This document shows, piece after piece, positions 1 through 8,067 of a stretch of DNA of 64,000 nt. The notes beneath the pieces are model-generated. The model saw only the letters and a list, made by a program, of their open reading frames with translations, was not told the DNA's origin and did not search any database. The stretch comes from Candidatus Yonathbacteria bacterium RIFCSPLOWO2_01_FULL_43_27 (GTDB lineage Bacteria > Patescibacteriota > Minisyncoccia > Phycocordibacterales > UBA1550). The stretch lies in assembly GCA_001823545.1 (NCBI GenBank), contig MHUV01000005.1, forward strand, positions 15,910 through 79,909, read 5' to 3'. A program made the translations under genes and the position numbers. Each line of letters opens with the position of its first letter. Positions within the stretch are counted from its first letter, which is position 1.

Positions 1-773
1 CCAACGCCATTGAGAACTCTACTCTAACTCTCAAGGAAACCGAGAAAATTCTTTTGGATATGGAAGTCTCACGGGATGTTTCCTTGCGTGAAGTCTACGA
101 GGCCAAAAACTTGGCTCGTGTTATCGGGTACATTCGTAATAAGAGCAAGGAGACGGAAGCGAACAAAGAGACGATTCTACTTTTACACCAGATGCTTATT
201 GGTGGAATTGACGACAAGATTGCTGGCCGTTTTAGAAAGCTTGGTGAGTATGTTCGTGTTGGAACCCACATAGCCCCGGCACCGGAACATGTTGAACGAA
301 TGATTGAGGCGATTATTACTGAGTACACAGGTGATCTATCTAACTACTTTTTAGACAAGATTGCCAAATTCCATTTAGATTTTGAAACCATCCATCCATT
401 TAACGATGGCAACGGCCGTATTGGCCGTGTACTTATTTGCTTCCAACTGCAACGTCTCGGTCTTCCTATAATTATTATCCGTGATCGCGAGAAAAAAGAA
501 TACTACAAATCTTTTGCTGAATACCGTGACAAACATAATGCCAAGACGATGGAGAAAGTTATTGCCTTAGCATTAATGGAATCATTAAATAAACGAAACA
601 CATATCTCAAGGGCCAGAAGGTTATTACTCTGTCTGAATATACAAGAAATAACAACTTGTCTGCCTCAGGAATGACTAATGCTGCTCGTCGTCAAAACAT
701 TCCGGCTTTTCGAGAAAAAGGTGTTTGGAAAATTGGCGAGGATTTTATTTATAACTCTCACAAAGAAAAATAA
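1..773 (+). CDS. fic: Fic/Doc family protein (adenylyltransferase-like), 5'-partial (reading frame open to window start)
   Basis: The canonical Fic motif HPFxDGNGRxxR is present as HPFNDGNGRIGR. The N-terminal region reads ...NAIENSTLTLKETEKIL, and there is no in-frame stop upstream to position 1. Confidence 0.8.
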   Translation, partial: NAIENSTLTLKETEKILLDMEVSRDVSLREVYEAKNLARVIGYIRNKSKETEANKETILLLHQMLIGGIDDKIAGRFRKLGEYVRVGTHIAPAPEHVERMIEAIITEYTGDLSNYFLDKIAKFHLDFETIHPFNDGNGRIGRVLICFQLQRLGLPIIIIRDREKKEYYKSFAEYRDKHNAKTMEKVIALALMESLNKRNTYLKGQKVITLSEYTRNNNLSASGMTNAARRQNIPAFREKGVWKIGEDFIYNSHKEK

Positions 774-957
774 AAGCGGTATTTACCCCGGGGCAAGCCC
801 CGGACAAAATGTTGTTCACTTCGTTGTTATGGGTCTTTTTCCGCTGAAAAAGCCCGCTACCCCACCTCGCGCCGTAGCGCTCTGGTCTTGCGAAACTCCA
901 TGTATTCGCTTCTCACACATTTACCGTCCCAGAGGGGCGGGGTATTATACCCTTGTA

Positions 958-1023
958 TTAGCTCCTCGGCTCGGAAATAAGAAAGATTACTTTCTCACTT
1001 CGCTCGCTCTACGTCGCTAATAA
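958..1023 (-). promoter_or_regulatory. Leader-like conserved element, copy A (homologous to the lysS 5' leader); no downstream gene
   Basis: About 85% identical to 14771..14834. In minus orientation it contains a 12-bp hairpin followed by CCGAGCCGAGGAGCUAAU, but only a 14-codon ORF follows. Confidence 0.4.
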
Positions 1024-1036
1024 ATATAGACGATCA

Positions 1037-1066
1037 AAAAGCGCCCTTTGGGCGCTTTTTTGTTTT
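1037..1066. terminator. Bidirectional rho-independent terminator
   Basis: GCGCCC-TTT-GGGCGC hairpin flanked by A-run and T-run. Confidence 0.6.
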
Positions 1067-1068
1067 TA

Positions 1069-1628
1069 CTATTTTATCACCTCTTCCAGCAACTCAGGAA
1101 ATTTTTCGGTTTTCATATCGTTAAAACAGAAGTGACCGTAGTTTTGAAAATCTCGAACAACGATATTTTTTACTTTGTTTTTTATAATTTCTACACTCTT
1201 TTTCATTTCCTCATCATCGTCAGTAGAATTAAAAATTGTTATACCATTTGTTTTAGACACTACATTCTCGTCTATATTAAATTCAAACATCTGAGTATCC
1301 TCTGTTTTAAATGGGTTGATCCACGGTGCAACTAAAACTACCTACCCAACTTTTACATCATTTTCACTTAGGTAGCGGAGCAAGAAACCAGCCCCGCAAC
1401 TGTGACCAATGAGCTGAGTATCACTGTCAATAACAAACTGTTTAAAGACAGAACACCATTTGGCATAGTCGGGACTATACGGCTCGGGCATTTCTGGAGT
1501 TTGTGCAAGAACACCCTTCAGGATGAGCTGTTTTTGAATCCAAGGGATCCAATGCTTATTGGACGAAGATCAGGATTAAAGTACTCTTCCTTCGGCGGCA
1601 TACCGTGAATTATAATTGCTGTTTTCAT
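1069..1628 (-). pseudogene. YdeN/RBBP9-like alpha/beta serine hydrolase gene, disrupted by a frameshift and an in-frame TAG
   Basis: The minus-strand translation begins MKTAIIIHGMPPKEEYFNPDLRP, then shifts frame into NKHWIPWIQKQL...LIGHSCGAGFLLRYLSENDVKVG. An in-frame TAG at 1342-1344 follows, and the same frame then continues VVLVAPWINPF...MFEFNID.... The HWxPWL and GHSxG motifs are those of the YdeN family. The total span of 560 nt is not a multiple of 3. Confidence 0.6.
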
Positions 1629-1762
1629 ATAGATGATTTTAGCGGGAAATACGCAGTTTTGCTAGTAAGTTAATATTTAATCAAAAGCTCTTGACCCATC
1701 CTTCCGTTCGCGTGTGGATAAAACCCAGCTCGTAAAGACGAGAGGAGTGAGGGCGGGGCTCC

Positions 1763-4531
1763 CTAGTCAATATTCAATTTTTGCATTCGTTTTTTAAGTG
1801 CATCTCCGCCCCCCTCAAGAATACTCACAATATCATCTCTAATCTGTTTATATTCAATTCCACCGTTGTGATATTTGAGATTATTGTTTTCATTTTCCGC
1901 AACTATCACATTCTCAGAGTCGGTTAGTAGTAAAAGATTAGGACTATGGGTCGCCACTATCACTTGACGTCTTTCTTTCTGGTCTAATACAAGCTTTCTT
2001 AGGTCATTTGAAATTCCGGAGACATCGATATCATTTTCTGGCTGATCAATAATTATCGGATATACACTTTTTGACAGATTGAATATGAGATCCAAAAGTG
2101 CCATCGCTTTCTGTCCACCAGTCATATTTTCAAAATCTATCAATTCCTCGCCATTCTTATATTTAACAGATTTTGTGAAATCAATATCATACCTACAGCT
2201 CAACAATGTCAGCAATGCACTCTCCTTATCACCACCTGTGACCTTCAATTTTGCAGTAGATGCATCAATGACAATATCTTTAATAATTTGAACTATTTCA
2301 GATTTATCAAAATCCCTTTTTTCATCAAAAAACTTTTTGAAACGGTCCCCAGATCGTCCATCAATATACACATCAAAAAACCTACTCTTATATTCATCTA
2401 CACTGTAACTCACTGTAAAATGGAATGTTATGAAAGTAAAATTATCAAATGCATCTTTGAGAGTTTGAACTATTCCCTCAATTTTGCTCTTAAAAGATAG
2501 GTACAAATCGGCTACTTCGTCAATTACTACTTCTTCTTTTTGACCAAATTCTTTGACAAATTTATCCAGTTTTTCTATCTCTTTTTTCTCGGCACTAAGC
2601 TTGTTTATTTCCTTTAGTATTTTTTCAATGGTTTTATTTTGCTGTAATTTCTCTGTTATTGGAACTAACTCTTTTTCGACAGTAATTTTTCTATCTTTTT
2701 TATTTTTAGTCTTTGACGCCAAGTCATTTAGCAACTCACTTAAATACTCTTTGATTTCTTGACCAGAAAGTTTTTCAATATGCTTTTCAATTAACTCTAA
2801 GGTTATCTGAGATAATCCAAAGAACACTTCACTGTCAACTGTGATGAAATTTACATCACTACCGCTATTGATGTTCTTTATAATCTGGAAATCTTGCTCC
2901 AATAACTTAATTTCTTTGATAAGTGATTCTATTTCCGAAAAATATTTTGTTTGATTTTCAATATCCGCGTCGGTTATATCAATCTTTCCAATCTTATTAA
3001 TTTCTTCTTGTTTAATTTTTATTGCACTGTCTTTATCTTCAGATTTCCCAAGTGGTTTTAGCTGGCTAGTTGTATCTACAATCTGCCTATGTGTACTTAG
3101 TGCTTCTTTAACTTTTGCATTAATTTTTAGTTCTATCGAATCTACAGCATCAGTCTTGCTTGTATCGGCGTTTTTGAATAAATCATTATTGAACAACCGC
3201 GCCTTGAGCATTTCGTCTCGTTTATCATAGTCTCTACCATCTTCATAAGTGATAGTCGATAGATAGTTTTGTGGTATGAATTCAACAAATTTATTCTCAG
3301 AGGTATCGTCGTACCAATGAATTTTAAAATCTTGTAACTTAAATATCTTTTTAACGTCAGGTTGTTCTTGCTCGCCGAGCACATTAAAAGCAATATGTTT
3401 GAGTAAAACAGATTTTCCGGCACCCCGTTTACCAATAACAGAATTTATATCCTTGTTAAAATAAATTGTGTGAATTTTACTGTTTTGCTTATATTCCACT
3501 CTGTCGATAAAAAGTTCTGGAGATGAATTTTTGTTTTCTGAGGGGTTTCTTTCTTGTATTAAAACTCTGTTTGCATAATCTACAACTACTTGTCTTAGTG
3601 TCTCAAAAGTAGTATCTCCCTTAATCCATGTAAAACAATGCCCTAAATCTTTAGGATTGGTATTAAAAAAATCAAATTTTACAACACCCTCATCTCCTGT
3701 TTGTTTAATAGTATGTGCATCACTGCAATGTAATAAACGACTATTTGCTGATTGAGTGTTTAATGAATCTATATTTTTATTTGTTTGCTTTGCACTTGGT
3801 GAAGCAGAAAAAACAATATGAGCATTGTTGATTATGTCCTTTTTGTCTACAGGAGACCCTGTCCACCTAAAATCTTCCCATTCTGATTTTCCAATAGCTT
3901 TTATATATTTACCTCTTAGATATGTGTTTGGTTCCTTTATCTCACCTAGACATTCTTTGAGTTTATCGAGACTGTAGCTTAAATTATTAAAGCCTATTTC
4001 AAAGTGATTATCGCTCTCTCTTTTATCTTCTGGAGTAGTGTCATATACATGTTTACCAAGATCAATTAAACTTTCTCTTGTAACAACTCCGCCCCAAGTG
4101 GTGCTACCCACATTATTCACATCAAGGTTGCATGATGATCTAAAACAATTTAAAAACTGTGCTTCTATTGTTTCAATATCAAGAATGCTCTGTTCCGCAA
4201 AGATAACATGGTAGTTAATTTTTTTTAATTGCTCATTACCCACAAACTCCTTTAATCTAAATTCTACAACAGGCAAAATTAAATCTATATTTTTCAGTCT
4301 GTTCACATTTTTATATTCTATTACTTTTTTGTAACCATCCAGAAACAGATAATCGTTAATACCTATAACTTTTATATCTTTGGGCAAACTTTCTAATCCA
4401 TTAATGAAATTCTCCCATTTTTTTTCTTCTGTCGCACCGGGATACTCCGATGTATGAGAAAACGGCGTGTGAACATGCAAATCCCACTTTCTCCATTCAG
4501 ACCCTTTGTTGTATTTTTGATCCTCTTCCAT
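1763..4531 (-). CDS. PHP-domain phosphoesterase fused to Rad50/SbcC-like coiled-coil ABC ATPase (candidate defence nuclease-ATPase)
   Basis: The N-terminus carries the PHP motif WDLHVHTPFSHTS. A Walker A (GKRGAGKS) is followed by a long K/E-rich coiled-coil segment of roughly 300 aa. The C-terminus carries an ABC signature (MTGGQKAMALLDL), Walker B (IIIDQPENDID) and H-loop (VATHSP). The start at Met56 of the ORF lies 4 nt after the stop of the upstream gene. Confidence 0.7.
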   Translation of the reverse strand: MEEDQKYNKGSEWRKWDLHVHTPFSHTSEYPGATEEKKWENFINGLESLPKDIKVIGINDYLFLDGYKKVIEYKNVNRLKNIDLILPVVEFRLKEFVGNEQLKKINYHVIFAEQSILDIETIEAQFLNCFRSSCNLDVNNVGSTTWGGVVTRESLIDLGKHVYDTTPEDKRESDNHFEIGFNNLSYSLDKLKECLGEIKEPNTYLRGKYIKAIGKSEWEDFRWTGSPVDKKDIINNAHIVFSASPSAKQTNKNIDSLNTQSANSRLLHCSDAHTIKQTGDEGVVKFDFFNTNPKDLGHCFTWIKGDTTFETLRQVVVDYANRVLIQERNPSENKNSSPELFIDRVEYKQNSKIHTIYFNKDINSVIGKRGAGKSVLLKHIAFNVLGEQEQPDVKKIFKLQDFKIHWYDDTSENKFVEFIPQNYLSTITYEDGRDYDKRDEMLKARLFNNDLFKNADTSKTDAVDSIELKINAKVKEALSTHRQIVDTTSQLKPLGKSEDKDSAIKIKQEEINKIGKIDITDADIENQTKYFSEIESLIKEIKLLEQDFQIIKNINSGSDVNFITVDSEVFFGLSQITLELIEKHIEKLSGQEIKEYLSELLNDLASKTKNKKDRKITVEKELVPITEKLQQNKTIEKILKEINKLSAEKKEIEKLDKFVKEFGQKEEVVIDEVADLYLSFKSKIEGIVQTLKDAFDNFTFITFHFTVSYSVDEYKSRFFDVYIDGRSGDRFKKFFDEKRDFDKSEIVQIIKDIVIDASTAKLKVTGGDKESALLTLLSCRYDIDFTKSVKYKNGEELIDFENMTGGQKAMALLDLIFNLSKSVYPIIIDQPENDIDVSGISNDLRKLVLDQKERRQVIVATHSPNLLLLTDSENVIVAENENNNLKYHNGGIEYKQIRDDIVSILEGGGDALKKRMQKLNID

Positions 4532-4535
4532 AATT

Positions 4536-5618
4536 CTATTTTCCAGACTTAGTTCTGTTGTCTTGCTTGCACAACATTTTGCAGTTTGTCGCGATTGTTT
4601 TCCCTCCCTCATGCCAAGGCTTAATATGATCCGCTTCCATTTCCTCGATCTCAAAGCGCTTTTTACACTTAGAGCAAATGCCTTTCTGTCTCTCATATGC
4701 CTCGCGCTTCATTTTGTCATTAAAGGCGCGGATATTTAACGCTCTTTCACTCCCAGTCAAAACATATTCGTAGATGCCAGACTTTTTAGTTACATCCTCA
4801 TCTTGCATCAGCTTTGTTATTTCTTTTTCCAATTTCTTAGCATCAAATTCTTTACCTTTTACTTTGTTGTATAAAGTTCCAAAAGGCACGCCTTTCATTT
4901 CCTTGCGATAGTTAGGAAAAACCGCCTTGACCCAATTTATTACACTCTGAAAATAAAGCCATAATTCGTTGGCGTTAGGTTTGTGCTGATGGTCTGCCAT
5001 GTATTGTTCAATTTTTCCATCGCTTATCCAATCTATTGTAGTTTCTAGGTAGTCTTGGCGGATTGCTGAACCATTTAAATAATCACTTCCAATGTTATAA
5101 GCGGGACAGCCAGTTTTACTAAAGTGTCTTTTTGCATCAGTTAGCCAAGTGCCAGTATAAATAGCATTTCTCAATTCTTGATCTGTTAATTTTTCCCCAG
5201 CAATGTTTATCGTCTTAAACCAATCCAATTTTTCTTTATCATTTCCTTCGCAGAAGTAAATCATCAGCTTGTAATTAAGAATCTGCTCTTTTTCGGTTTC
5301 TTCAAGATTGTGAAAATATTGGAAATTTAAGGAGAATTTACCCGCTATATATTCGCAAATACTTATAGTTCTTTGCTGTCCATCCATCACTTCATAAGTT
5401 CCATCTTCACTTTCAACCCAATACATTACATTCAAAGGAAAATTCTTTCTGACAGTTTCGATGACGGCATCTCTTTGATGATCCTTATAAACGAATTCTC
5501 TTTGATATTTAGGGCGGATATTTAATTTTCCACCATACCCAACAACACCTTCCTCGTTGTCATTAACATATTTATTTGAAACTTCTTTAATTGTGATTTC
5601 TTTTAGTTTAATTTTCAT
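4536..5618 (-). CDS. DUF262 (ParB/GmrS-like NTPase, DGQQR motif) fused to C-terminal HNH endonuclease
   Basis: The DUF262 signature DGQQR is present as VMDGQQRTISICEY. The C-terminal HNH motif reads EADHIKPWHEGGKTIATNCKMLCKQDNRTK. The probable start MKIKLKEITIK has an AGGA upstream. Confidence 0.75.
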   Translation of the reverse strand: MKIKLKEITIKEVSNKYVNDNEEGVVGYGGKLNIRPKYQREFVYKDHQRDAVIETVRKNFPLNVMYWVESEDGTYEVMDGQQRTISICEYIAGKFSLNFQYFHNLEETEKEQILNYKLMIYFCEGNDKEKLDWFKTINIAGEKLTDQELRNAIYTGTWLTDAKRHFSKTGCPAYNIGSDYLNGSAIRQDYLETTIDWISDGKIEQYMADHQHKPNANELWLYFQSVINWVKAVFPNYRKEMKGVPFGTLYNKVKGKEFDAKKLEKEITKLMQDEDVTKKSGIYEYVLTGSERALNIRAFNDKMKREAYERQKGICSKCKKRFEIEEMEADHIKPWHEGGKTIATNCKMLCKQDNRTKSGK

Positions 5619-5622
5619 AAAT

Positions 5623-6723
5623 TTATATTTTCCTATTTCTAATAATGACTCGAGCATAAATGCTTGAATATAGTTCTCCTGTTTCAGTATCCTTAAACGC
5701 AGGCGTTTTATCTGTTAGTGGATTGTATAAACGATATAATGTGCCTTTTGCGTTAAACGTATATTTTCCAGTAGGTGCCCCACTTTTGTCCAAAATCTCC
5801 ATTTTTTTATTAGAAGCAAAATCAATTGATCCAATTATTCCTAAAGCAACTAATTCAAATTGATCAGGACTGTACTTGTCCAAAAAAGTAATAGGAACAC
5901 CAATAGCACCCTTATAATCCACAGGAATATCTTTTGTTACATCAACATTTATAGCATCATAATTTTTATATTTGGGATATTCATTTTCATGTCCGTGATA
6001 CTCTTTATAAAGTATCAAGTCGTCGTGGCGTTCTTTATAATCCAAATTTGTAAACCAACGAACACCCTTAACTCGAATAAATTTATTTCCATTTTCATCA
6101 ATTCTATTTCCAGCAGAATTCAGAGGGTAAGATTCTGGAACTCTAAATTCCCTATCCCCGCTATGTATGCTTTGACCAAGCCAAATTTTGTTCTCCTTGA
6201 TCAATTTGAAAGTTTCTTTATAAGTTATAGCGTTCAAATTGCCGATAATAATAAATTTCTTTTTGTATTCAAATAATTGAGCTAGATATTCTCTAAATAA
6301 TGAAAAAGGTGGATTCGTAACAACAATGTCCGCTTCTTTTAGAATTTCAACACACTCGGGACTTCTAAAATCACCATCCTGTTTTAGTGGGGTTTTGATT
6401 GTATCTAATTTATTTATTTTTCCATCTTTATTTGTGTCTTTTACAATTTCCAATTTATAAGGCGATTCTTTTGTAAGCAAATTTGCATCTTTGTAATGAG
6501 TAGAGATGAGCTTCTTTAGTCCAAGGAATTCAAAATTTAAAGCAAAGTAATTCCAAAAATTGCTTTCTTCTGGGTCATCGCAATTACAAAATATGACTTT
6601 ATTTTTTAAGTGATCTTTATAATTTTTTAATTCTTTTTCAATATCAGACAACTGTGTATAAAACTCGTCGCTTTTTGCTCGGTTTGCCGTCTTTAAGTTT
6701 GCATTTGAGGATTTCTTTTTCAT
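5623..6723 (-). CDS. N6-adenine DNA methyltransferase (NPPF catalytic motif; EcoRI-methylase-like N-terminal DEFYT motif)
   Basis: The catalytic tetrapeptide NPPF appears as VVTNPPFS, with KSDEFYTQL near the N-terminus. It is the first gene of the minus-strand operon, downstream of an AT-rich promoter region. Confidence 0.65.
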   Translation of the reverse strand: MKKKSSNANLKTANRAKSDEFYTQLSDIEKELKNYKDHLKNKVIFCNCDDPEESNFWNYFALNFEFLGLKKLISTHYKDANLLTKESPYKLEIVKDTNKDGKINKLDTIKTPLKQDGDFRSPECVEILKEADIVVTNPPFSLFREYLAQLFEYKKKFIIIGNLNAITYKETFKLIKENKIWLGQSIHSGDREFRVPESYPLNSAGNRIDENGNKFIRVKGVRWFTNLDYKERHDDLILYKEYHGHENEYPKYKNYDAINVDVTKDIPVDYKGAIGVPITFLDKYSPDQFELVALGIIGSIDFASNKKMEILDKSGAPTGKYTFNAKGTLYRLYNPLTDKTPAFKDTETGELYSSIYARVIIRNRKI

Positions 6724-7008
6724 AAAATTATTTCAAAAGTTCGCTACTGGAAATTCCTAAAGCTCCAGCGTTTTTTCAGCTACTTTTGACGATATATATC
6801 AGAGTAATACTCTTTATTATCCTTATTTTTACAATACTTTATCAAATTTAGTATTCTCATTTATGAGAGAGTTTAACACATTTTGTTACAGAAAACCACT
6901 TCAAAAAAAGGGCATAACCCCTTTCCCTACAATATCGACAATATACTAGAATAACAACAATTATGATCCTATTAAATTAAAAATTATTATAGTATAATTA
7001 AACATATT

Positions 7009-7545
7009 ATGAAAAAATTTCTAAGTGTTTTGGTACGAATATTGGTCACTATCATAATAGCTACTGGTGTTTGCTATCTCATATATTCATATAGTAGTAA
7101 TTGGCGATATCTTGATCAAAAGAATCTTGTTTTTACTGTTGAAGATGCGAAGGGCGGTGAAGCTTTTGATGTTGTTGTTACAAAAGATCAGTTTAGTAAA
7201 TTACCTAATGCAACGACAACGATAAATAAATTAAGAAAAGGCGTTTATTCGAAAAATTGGGGAAATGAGGATACTTTAGTTGTAAAAGCAGTTGACTGGT
7301 ATAACTGTGGAGCTGGTCAAATATGGGGAAGTTATAAAATCGAAGACGATAAAATAACCATATTTAGTGGTAAAAAAAGTTTTGGACTCAAATTAATAAA
7401 CGTAGCAGAGGCTTGTATATATAGCTATGTGATGACCTACGAAATTTCAAATCTTGAATATAAAGATTACCAGATAACATATGTTCGGGCGCCTTACAAG
7501 CGAGGCTTTTTTGATTCCTTCATACCACAACCACGCTCCTTGTAA
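7009..7545 (+). CDS. Hypothetical membrane-anchored protein (N-terminal TM helix)
   Basis: A 178-aa ORF with a hydrophobic N-terminus (LVRILVTIIIATGVCYLIY). It is transcribed divergently from the methyltransferase operon and is AT-rich. Confidence 0.45.
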   Translation: MKKFLSVLVRILVTIIIATGVCYLIYSYSSNWRYLDQKNLVFTVEDAKGGEAFDVVVTKDQFSKLPNATTTINKLRKGVYSKNWGNEDTLVVKAVDWYNCGAGQIWGSYKIEDDKITIFSGKKSFGLKLINVAEACIYSYVMTYEISNLEYKDYQITYVRAPYKRGFFDSFIPQPRSL

Positions 7546-7587
7546 TTAAAGATGGGAGTTGTTCATATTAAAAACGAACAAGGAACA

Positions 7588-7744
7588 TTGACTCGCTTCG
7601 CTCGCCTCACTTTGTGTGGTCACAAATCACTAACCTACGGGGAAGCTCGCGATGTTCGCGGATCGGTCACAGATATTTTTCTGCTGAAAATAAATATATT
7701 GACTCGCTCCGCTCGCCTCACTTTGCGTGGTCACAAATCACTAA
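7588..7744. repeat. Two 46-nt direct repeats (7588..7633 and 7699..7744) plus hairpin motifs of the form TTTTTCnnnnGAAAAA
   Basis: TTGACTCGCTTCGCTCGCCTCACTTTGTGTGGTCACAAATCACTAA is repeated with 2 mismatches. Related short motifs recur at 829-853 and 7805-7825. Confidence 0.6.
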
Positions 7745-7847
7745 GTATAATTTTTCGCTGCGCTCAAATTCTACGTAAGTGTTTGCCGACCCCGGCTCGG
7801 CAATTTTTCTTCTGAAAAATTATGCCTGCGCCTTCACAAAAGCGAAA

Positions 7848-7872
7848 AAGACTGGAGCAGTCCAGTCTTTTT
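7848..7872. terminator. Rho-independent terminator (bidirectional)
   Basis: AAGACTGGA-GCAG-TCCAGTCTT hairpin followed by TTTTT. Confidence 0.6.
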
Positions 7873-7887
7873 ACTCTCACGCTTTTG

Positions 7888-7959
7888 TGACCCTACGGGG
7901 AATCGAACCCCGGTTTAAAGCTTGAAAAGCTTCTGTCCTAACCGTTAGACGATAGGGCC
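7888..7959 (-). tRNA. trnE: tRNA-Glu (anticodon UUC)
   Basis: The cloverleaf has acceptor GGCCCTA/TAGGGTC, anticodon stem GAAGC/GCTTT, loop TTTTCAA, T-arm CGGGG-TTCGATT-CCCCG and discriminator A. CCA is not encoded. Confidence 0.8.
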
Positions 7960-8067
7960 ATCCTTATATAAAACATAACAACAAGCCATTGAACAATATG
8001 ACTGTTTTATGCTCTTAAATAACTTTTGCAGTATACCAATTTTTGCCAAAAATGCAAAAATGATGTC

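Noticed and set aside
679-1020. 113-aa ORF ending ...SLALRR followed by TAATAA, resembling a tmRNA tag or a real C-terminus; the same ending occurs at 14771-14834
   Set aside because: It overlaps the Fic gene 3' end, lacks tRNA-like flanks, and the two copies are better explained as a conserved leader element read on the opposite strand.
1342-1344. Stop-codon reassignment (alternative genetic code) suggested by in-frame TAG
   Set aside because: All other long ORFs terminate normally and contain no internal TAG/TGA, and the same gene also has a frameshift. A pseudogene or sequencing error is more parsimonious.
4536-4696. 160-nt overlap between the PHP-ATPase ORF and the DUF262-HNH gene
   Set aside because: The longest-ORF N-terminal extension (MRDRKAF...) lacks an RBS. 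Starting at Met56 (MEEDQKYNKGSEWRKWDLHVH) gives a 4-nt intergenic gap and places the PHP motif near the N-terminus.
7588-7744. Possible CRISPR array (direct repeats)
   Set aside because: Only two repeat units with a 65-nt intervening spacer, no further periodicity and no cas genes in the window.
7552-7815. 87-aa plus-strand ORF spanning the two 46-nt direct repeats
   Set aside because: The ORF is generated by the tandem repeats (LTRFARLTLCGHKSLT / LTRSARLTLRGHKSLS). It has no RBS, and the region is better explained as non-coding repeat DNA.
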